Assembly: GCF_003945235.1 (NCBI RefSeq)
Contig: NZ_RSDW01000001.1
Span: forward strand, 3,270,001 to 3,302,000
Length of the DNA stretch: 32,000 bases
Origin: Edaphobacter aggregans
GTDB lineage: Bacteria > Acidobacteriota > Terriglobia > Terriglobales > Acidobacteriaceae
Direction: 5' to 3'
This document shows, piece after piece, positions 26,910 through 32,000 of this stretch. How positions within the stretch are numbered: position 1 is the stretch's first letter; each line of letters starts with the position of its first letter. The notes beneath the pieces were generated by a model. That model worked only from the letters and a program-made list of their open reading frames with translations, searched no databases and had not been told where the DNA came from. A program made the position numbers and the translations under genes.

Positions 26910-29795
26910 CTAGGAGCGGTTGGCGGCATCCGGGTTCGCGTGGTCGATGGGTACGCCGCGAGGATCCGGTTTGACGGTGACCGGCTGGGTGTAGGTTTGG
27001 CCGTCCACGGTGAGGCGGACGGTGTAGTCACCGGGTTGCAGTGCTACGGGGCCGCCGCGTTGACCACGGGCGGGGCGAGCCGGGGTTGGGGTTGGGGTGC
27101 CGGCGGGTGGCGAGCAGGCATCTCTGGGAGTGGGTGCGACGGGGCCGCGGCCGAAGCCTCGCGGAGCGGCTACGTTGAGGGGAAAGCGATGCATTCCGGC
27201 AGCGGCTGACGGCGGCTGTGTGGGCTGCTGCCAGATGGCCTGAACGTTGATGGCTTCCGTATCGACCGGGGGCACCGGAGTATCGCTGGCGGCGCAGGCG
27301 CGAACGGTGCCTTTGCTATCGAGCAGCTCCAGTTTGACCGGTTGAGCCGGGGCGGTTTTGAGCCAGTAGTAGGCGAGGACGCCGGCGGGTGGGTTCAGTT
27401 CCTGCGGCTCCTCGTGCGGCAGCGGGGTGCCATTCATGCTGCCTGGGTGAACGGCCAGAGACTCACCGGGTTTGAAGAGGTAGACGCCGGAGGATGCAAT
27501 CTCATTGCCGTGCGTTGCGAGCTCGCGGAGGGCGGTCATCTGATCCATGACCCAGAAGCCGCGGCCATGGGTTGCGACGTCGAGATCGTCGCCGTGGACG
27601 ACGATGTCCCGGACGGAGGTAACGGGCATATTGTTCTGGAGCGGCTGCCATTGCGCGCCATCGTTGAAGGAGACGTAGACGCGCAGTTCGGTGGCGGCGT
27701 AGAGCAGACCCTTGGTCTGGGGATCTTCCTTGACCGAGTTGACGTAGGCGCCTTCGGGGATGCCTTTGACGATGTTGTTCCAGGTCTTGCCACCGTCGCT
27801 GGTGCGGTAGATGTAGGGCTTATCGTCGCCGATGCGATGGCGATCGACCGAGGCGTAGGCAGTTCCTACGTCGAAGTGACCGGCTTCGATTTGTGAGACT
27901 TTGCTCCAGGCGGTCATGGCGGACGGGGTGACGTTGTTCCAGGTCTTGCCGTCGTCGGTGGTTACGTGGATGAGGCCGTCGTCGGTGCCGACCCAGACGG
28001 TGGTGGCGCTGAGGGGCGAGGGACCGATGCTGTAGACGACGCCAAAGCGGTCGGTCATTTGCTGGTCGATGTCTTTCGCGGTGACTGGATCGAGGCCGGC
28101 TGGGAGCTCGGGTTTGACGCGAGTCAGGTCCGGGCTGATCTTCTCCCATGAGCGGCCGCGGTCGCGAGAGCGCATGACGAATTGATTGGCGTAGTAGAGC
28201 GCTTCATCGGCTGTGGAGAAGACTTGCGGAAGCGTCCAGGTCTTACGGTTGGGATCGTCGGGATCGGGCGCGGGTAGTTGCCCGCCGAGGGAGGCGGGTA
28301 CGTTGAGGTTCTGGTCGCAGCGTCCGGCACCGGCGCCATAGAGGATGTTGCCGTCTTTGGGGTCGGGGATGACGGTATCGCTTTCGCCTGCGAGACAGGT
28401 GGGTTCCCAGTTGCGGAAGGAGAGGACGCCTTCGCGCGACCATGTGCTGACGCCGACGCCGCCGCTATCCTGCTGGGCGCCGTAGAGCCAGTAGGGGAAA
28501 CGATTGTCGGCGGCGACGTGGTAGATCTCGGCGGTGGGCTGGTTGTACCAGGTGCTCCAGGTGTGTGCGCCGTCGACGCTGACGACGGTACCCTGGTCGC
28601 TGCTGAGGACCATGCGCTTGCTGTCGTTGGGGTTGACCCAGATTTGGTGATAGTCGTCGCCGCCCGGGGCGCCTTTGACGGGGGCGAAGGTCTTGCCGAG
28701 GTCGGTGGTGAGGTAGGTGGCGGTGTTGATGACGTAGGCGCTGTCCGGGTTGACGGGATCGACGGTGATGGAGCCGAAGTACCAGCCGCGGCCCCAGAGG
28801 CGGGGCTCGGCGTTGACGAGTCGCCAGGTTGCTCCGGCGTCATCGGAGACGTAGACGCCGCCGCTGGTCTTGGGGGCGGGGGTTGTTGCCGGGGCGGCGA
28901 AGGAGCGTGCAACGGGCGCGCCGATGTCGTCGACAACCGCCCAGAGACGGTTCGGATTGCTGGGGGAGACGGCGATTCCGATTTTGCCGACGTAGTCGTC
29001 GGTGGGGAGGCCGCCGGTTAGCTGCTTCCAGGTGTCGCCGCCGTCGGTGGATTTATACAGGCCGCTGCCGGGCATGTATGACGGAGCGTAGACCGACCAT
29101 GGCGGACGTCGCGTGGCCCAGAGGGTGGCGTAGAGGACGCGCGGATTTTTAGGGTCGATGGCGATGTCGACTGCGCCGACGTTGTCTGGATCGGAGGTTT
29201 TGAAGAGGACCTTCTTCCAGTGGGCGCCGCCGTCGGTGGAGCGATAGACGCCGCGGTCGGGGTTGGGCGTGTAGGCATGGCCGAGCGCGGCGACGTAGAC
29301 ACGGTTGGGATTGGCCGGGTCGACGACGACTCTGCCGATGTGGCTGGTCTTGTCGAGGCCGATGTGGGTCCAGGTCTTTCCTTCATCGACGGACTTGTAC
29401 ATGCCGATGCCGTAGGAGTGCTGGCTGCGAATGTCGGGTTCGCCCGTGCCGACGTAGATGACGCCGGGATTGGAGGGGGCGACGGCGATTGCGCCGATGG
29501 AGCCGATGGGGATGCCTTCGTCCGAGATGGGGAACCAGGTGCGTCCGGCGTTCTGGGTCTTCCATACGCCGCCGCCGACGGAGCCGAAGTAGAAGGTGTC
29601 GGGCTGGCTGGGGCTTCCGGCTACGCCGTAGGAGCGGCCGCCGCGCATGGGGCCGACGTCACGCCAGTGAAGGCCGGAGAGCAATCCCTGAGGGTAGACG
29701 CCGGAGGGGCTGGTCTGCTGGGCCGACAGGGTGAGTCCGAAGACGAAGAGGCAAAGAGAGGCAAAGAAGACAGACAGGCGGTGTTTGAAGGCCAA
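26910..29795 (-). CDS. Secreted VPS10/sortilin-like BNR (Asp-box) repeat beta-propeller protein
   Basis: TTG start (caa at 29793-29795) with AGGAG about 8 nt upstream. Signal peptide ends ...LTLSAQQ. Recurring Asp-box-like motifs are present (KTQNAGRTW, KSVDEGKTW, RSTDGGAHW, KSTDGGDTW, VSDDAGATW, TTDDGKTW, RTSDGGKTW). 961 aa. Confidence 0.85.
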   Translation of the reverse strand: MAFKHRLSVFFASLCLFVFGLTLSAQQTSPSGVYPQGLLSGLHWRDVGPMRGGRSYGVAGSPSQPDTFYFGSVGGGVWKTQNAGRTWFPISDEGIPIGSIGAIAVAPSNPGVIYVGTGEPDIRSQHSYGIGMYKSVDEGKTWTHIGLDKTSHIGRVVVDPANPNRVYVAALGHAYTPNPDRGVYRSTDGGAHWKKVLFKTSDPDNVGAVDIAIDPKNPRVLYATLWATRRPPWSVYAPSYMPGSGLYKSTDGGDTWKQLTGGLPTDDYVGKIGIAVSPSNPNRLWAVVDDIGAPVARSFAAPATTPAPKTSGGVYVSDDAGATWRLVNAEPRLWGRGWYFGSITVDPVNPDSAYVINTATYLTTDLGKTFAPVKGAPGGDDYHQIWVNPNDSKRMVLSSDQGTVVSVDGAHTWSTWYNQPTAEIYHVAADNRFPYWLYGAQQDSGGVGVSTWSREGVLSFRNWEPTCLAGESDTVIPDPKDGNILYGAGAGRCDQNLNVPASLGGQLPAPDPDDPNRKTWTLPQVFSTADEALYYANQFVMRSRDRGRSWEKISPDLTRVKPELPAGLDPVTAKDIDQQMTDRFGVVYSIGPSPLSATTVWVGTDDGLIHVTTDDGKTWNNVTPSAMTAWSKVSQIEAGHFDVGTAYASVDRHRIGDDKPYIYRTSDGGKTWNNIVKGIPEGAYVNSVKEDPQTKGLLYAATELRVYVSFNDGAQWQPLQNNMPVTSVRDIVVHGDDLDVATHGRGFWVMDQMTALRELATHGNEIASSGVYLFKPGESLAVHPGSMNGTPLPHEEPQELNPPAGVLAYYWLKTAPAQPVKLELLDSKGTVRACAASDTPVPPVDTEAINVQAIWQQPTQPPSAAAGMHRFPLNVAAPRGFGRGPVAPTPRDACSPPAGTPTPTPARPARGQRGGPVALQPGDYTVRLTVDGQTYTQPVTVKPDPRGVPIDHANPDAANRS

Positions 29796-29890
29796 TGAGG
29801 TTGCTCCTGGGCGTTGCTATTTGGGTGAGACGGTTCGACAGCGGTGGTGAGATTTTTGGTTGCGTTCGGTTGTCGCGGATGACGCTGCGT

Positions 29891-29899
29891 TGTGGATAA
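29891..29899. promoter_or_regulatory. Perfect consensus DnaA box (TGTGGATAA) in the divergent VPS10-paralog spacer
   Basis: Exact match to the reverse complement of TTATCCACA at 29891-29899. It is the only perfect copy I found in the window, and no cluster of further boxes surrounds it. A single 9-mer match in 32 kb can occur by chance. Confidence 0.2.
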
Positions 29900-30002
29900 A
29901 AGTTGCAATGAGTTTTTGAAGTTGCTGGGTGATGGACGCATCGTTAAAAGAAAGTTACCGAATTTGCGTCTAAATGCAACTACCGTTCGTAGTAGTTCGC
30001 AC

Positions 30003-32000
30003 ATGAATAATTTGGGAAGACGTGCGGTTGCACTGCTATCTTTTTGTGTCTTGCTGGGCCTTTCCAGTGGATTTCTTCGTGCACAGCAGGGGGATACGGC
30101 CCTGTACGGAGGGATGAAATGGCGCTCGATCGGGCCGTTTCGCGCGGGTCGCGTCTCTGCCGTGGCAGGGATTGCGGGCAATGCGGCTATCTACTATATG
30201 GGCAGTCCGGGTGGGGGCGTGTGGAAGACGGTGGACGGCGGGGTGGTGTGGACGCCGATCTTCGACCAGATGCATGTGGCGTCGATCGGGGCGATTGTGG
30301 TCGCGCCGTCGAAGCCAGACGTGGTCTATGTGGGCACCGGCGATGTGAGCCTGGTCGGGGCAGCCGTGAACATGGGCAACGGGATCTACAAGTCTGTCGA
30401 CGCGGGACGCACGTGGACTCATGTGGGGCTCGAGAATACGGAGCATATCGGCGCTATGTGGGTGGATCCCACGAATCCGGATGTGGTGGTGGTGGCGGCG
30501 CTGGGGCGGACGTTCTCGCCGAATGCGGAGCGGGGGGTCTTCAAGACGACCGATGGCGGCAAGAGCTGGCGTAAGGTGCTCTACAAGGACGACGAGACGG
30601 GCGCGATCGACGTGGTGTTTGCCGCGGATGACTCGAAGATAGGCTATGCCGCCATGTGGCACCATCTGGTGAAACCGGGGCAGACGCAAGACCTGATCAA
30701 CGGCTCGAAGGGCGGAGCGATCTATAAGACGACCGATGGCGGCGAGACGTGGACGCCGATTGTTGCACCGGGTCTGCCGGCCGAGGGGTTGAGCCGCATC
30801 GGCGTGGCGACGTCGCTGGGTGGCAAGCGTGTCTATGCGATTGTGGCGGCTATGGGCGGAAACGCCGGCTTTTATCGGTCCGACGACGGCGGTGCGAACT
30901 GGATCAAGAGCACGACTGATCCGCGGGTGACCGGCAGCGGGTATTTCAGCAGGGTTTTCATTGATCCGAAGAATCCGGACGTTATTTATGTGGCGCAGAC
31001 TTCGCTTTACCGGTCGGAGGATGGCGGGCACACGTTCATCTCGTACAAGGGAGCGCCGGGCGGGGACGACAATCACGCGCTGTGGATCGATCCTACGGAT
31101 TCGACGCGCATGATCATGGCGAGCGATCAGGGCGCGACGATCAGCATGGACACCGGGAAGAGCTGGAGCTCCTGGTATAACCAGCCGACGGCCCAGATCT
31201 ATCACATGTCAACGGACAACCGGTTCCCCTACTGGGTCTACGGGACGCAGCAGGATAGCGGCAGCGTGGCTACGCTGAGCCGGGGGGATTATGGTGCGAT
31301 CACCTTCCTCGACTGGGATCCGGTGGCGGCCTATGAGTTCGGGTACATCGTGCCTGATCCTTCGAACCCGAACATGGTCTATGCGGGCGGGCCGGGACGT
31401 GGTTTGGTGCTGTTGAACCGCGCCAACCGACAGGTGCAGACGATCTCTCCGAACCTGAGCCGCGACGGCGACTATCGCATGGCGCAGAATCCGCCGTTGG
31501 CGTTTTCTCCGCAGGATGCGCATGTGTTTTACGAGGGCACGCAGTTCCTGATGGAGACGAGCGACGCCGGGACGAACTGGAAGAAGATCAGCCCTGACCT
31601 GACGGTCCGAGCCGGCAGCGAAGAGACGAACCGGAAGGAGAAAGAAGAGGCTGCATCGCACGCACAGCAGGACAGAAAGCTGAGAACGAAGGAGGCGAAC
31701 GAGACGCTGGCACAGCCGAATCGGAGCGCCATCAACACATTTGCTCCTTCGCCCGTGGCAAAGGGACAGATATGGGCAGGCACGACCAACGGCCTGGTGC
31801 AACTGACCAAGGACGACGGGGCGAGCTGGCAGCAGGTGTCTCCGCAGGGACTTACTCAGTTCACGATGATCAGCATCATCGAGGCTTCGCACTTCGACGC
31901 GGCTACAGCTTATGTTGCGGTTGACCGGCACGAGGAGGACGACTTCAAGCCGCATATCTATCGCACGCGCGATGCGGGCAAGAGTTGGGAGCAAACGGTC
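30003..32000 (+). CDS. Secreted VPS10/sortilin-like BNR repeat protein, paralog of 26910..29795 (3' end outside window)
   Basis: Absent from the ORF track because it has no stop in the window. I hand-translated frame 3 over 30003-30420, 31551-31860 and the last codons without meeting a stop (666 codons if open throughout). Translation: MNNLGRRAVALLSFCVLLGLSSGFLRAQQGDTALYGGMKWRSIGPFRAGRVSAVAG...GGGVWKTVDGGVVWTPI...YKSVDAGRTWTHVGL...METSDAGTNWKKISPDL...LTKDDGASWQQVS...YRTRDAGKSWEQTV. It aligns by eye with the divergent paralog. The ORF-track entries 30036..31205 and 31209..31994 are its antisense shadows. Confidence 0.85.
   Translation, partial: MNNLGRRAVALLSFCVLLGLSSGFLRAQQGDTALYGGMKWRSIGPFRAGRVSAVAGIAGNAAIYYMGSPGGGVWKTVDGGVVWTPIFDQMHVASIGAIVVAPSKPDVVYVGTGDVSLVGAAVNMGNGIYKSVDAGRTWTHVGLENTEHIGAMWVDPTNPDVVVVAALGRTFSPNAERGVFKTTDGGKSWRKVLYKDDETGAIDVVFAADDSKIGYAAMWHHLVKPGQTQDLINGSKGGAIYKTTDGGETWTPIVAPGLPAEGLSRIGVATSLGGKRVYAIVAAMGGNAGFYRSDDGGANWIKSTTDPRVTGSGYFSRVFIDPKNPDVIYVAQTSLYRSEDGGHTFISYKGAPGGDDNHALWIDPTDSTRMIMASDQGATISMDTGKSWSSWYNQPTAQIYHMSTDNRFPYWVYGTQQDSGSVATLSRGDYGAITFLDWDPVAAYEFGYIVPDPSNPNMVYAGGPGRGLVLLNRANRQVQTISPNLSRDGDYRMAQNPPLAFSPQDAHVFYEGTQFLMETSDAGTNWKKISPDLTVRAGSEETNRKEKEEAASHAQQDRKLRTKEANETLAQPNRSAINTFAPSPVAKGQIWAGTTNGLVQLTKDDGASWQQVSPQGLTQFTMISIIEASHFDAATAYVAVDRHEEDDFKPHIYRTRDAGKSWEQTV

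Noticed and set aside
26756-26974. 72-aa ORF MPTFQNRDMGHPIPD...
   Set aside because: It is the translation of the palindromic repeat copies (26755-26790 and 26847-26886) and spans a terminator hairpin, so it is a spurious ORF.
27820-29386. Alternative-frame ORFs inside 26910..29795 (for example 28124..28936 at 270 aa, 28278..29021, 29018..29386)
   Set aside because: They are P/S/T/A- or G/A/D-rich out-of-frame or antisense translations of the BNR-repeat gene. They have no start context or motifs.
29796-30002. Divergent VPS10 spacer as oriC because of the perfect DnaA box
   Set aside because: Strand skew does not change sign here, since the genes on both sides sit on a G-rich + strand. Only one good box is present and no AT-rich unwinding element is visible.
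30036-31994. Minus-strand ORFs 30036..31205 (389 aa) and 31209..31994 (261 aa), and plus-strand ORF 30044..30574
   Set aside because: Their composition is R/H/P-rich junk. The real gene is plus-strand frame 3 from ATG 30003, a clear VPS10/BNR paralog. It is missing from the ORF track only because it has no stop inside the window.

Overview
High-GC chromosomal fragment. Gene content and repeat types suggest Acidobacteriota/Terriglobia; this is an inference from CarboxypepD_reg-type TonB-dependent receptors without SusD partners, a PEP-CTERM protein, VPS10/BNR proteins and typical short intergenic repeats. I call 17 CDS, one decayed gene and one speculative small ORF. In order: prfA (3' end only); a DUF4382-like lipoprotein; a secreted hypothetical; a secreted VOC-fold protein; prmC; two tandem paralogous TonB-dependent receptors, each with a near-identical promoter and its own terminator; a DUF4440/SnoaL-like protein; a divergent FAD-oxidoreductase / SDR-epimerase pair; clpB and hsp20; a frameshift-riddled lipoprotein with NHL-like repeats; a PEP-CTERM protein just downstream of a 1025-aa LTD+EEP (ExeM/NucH-like) extracellular nuclease; a TPR protein; and two divergent VPS10/BNR paralogs. 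The second paralog (30003..>32000, + strand) is missing from the ORF track because it has no stop in the window. I see no rRNA, tRNA, CRISPR, transposase, integrase or recognisable defence genes, and I did not find a convincing new multi-gene system. The strongest unexplained signal is large-scale. Strand composition (GC and third-codon-position skew) reverses abruptly inside the 308-bp spacer at 25530-25837, between two adjacent same-strand genes. Its polarity (C-rich then G-rich) is that expected at a replication origin, or else at one end of an inversion. Other points worth a look: about five single-base frameshifts concentrated in one gene (19970-21543), mostly at poly-C runs; a conserved promoter/leader shared by the two receptor genes; the nuclease/PEP-CTERM pairing; one perfect DnaA box at 29891-29899; a 44-aa highly charged sORF with a strong SD; and several families of short palindromic or tandem intergenic repeats that generate spurious ORFs. 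Most long ORF-track entries antisense to or out of frame with these genes are high-GC artefacts.
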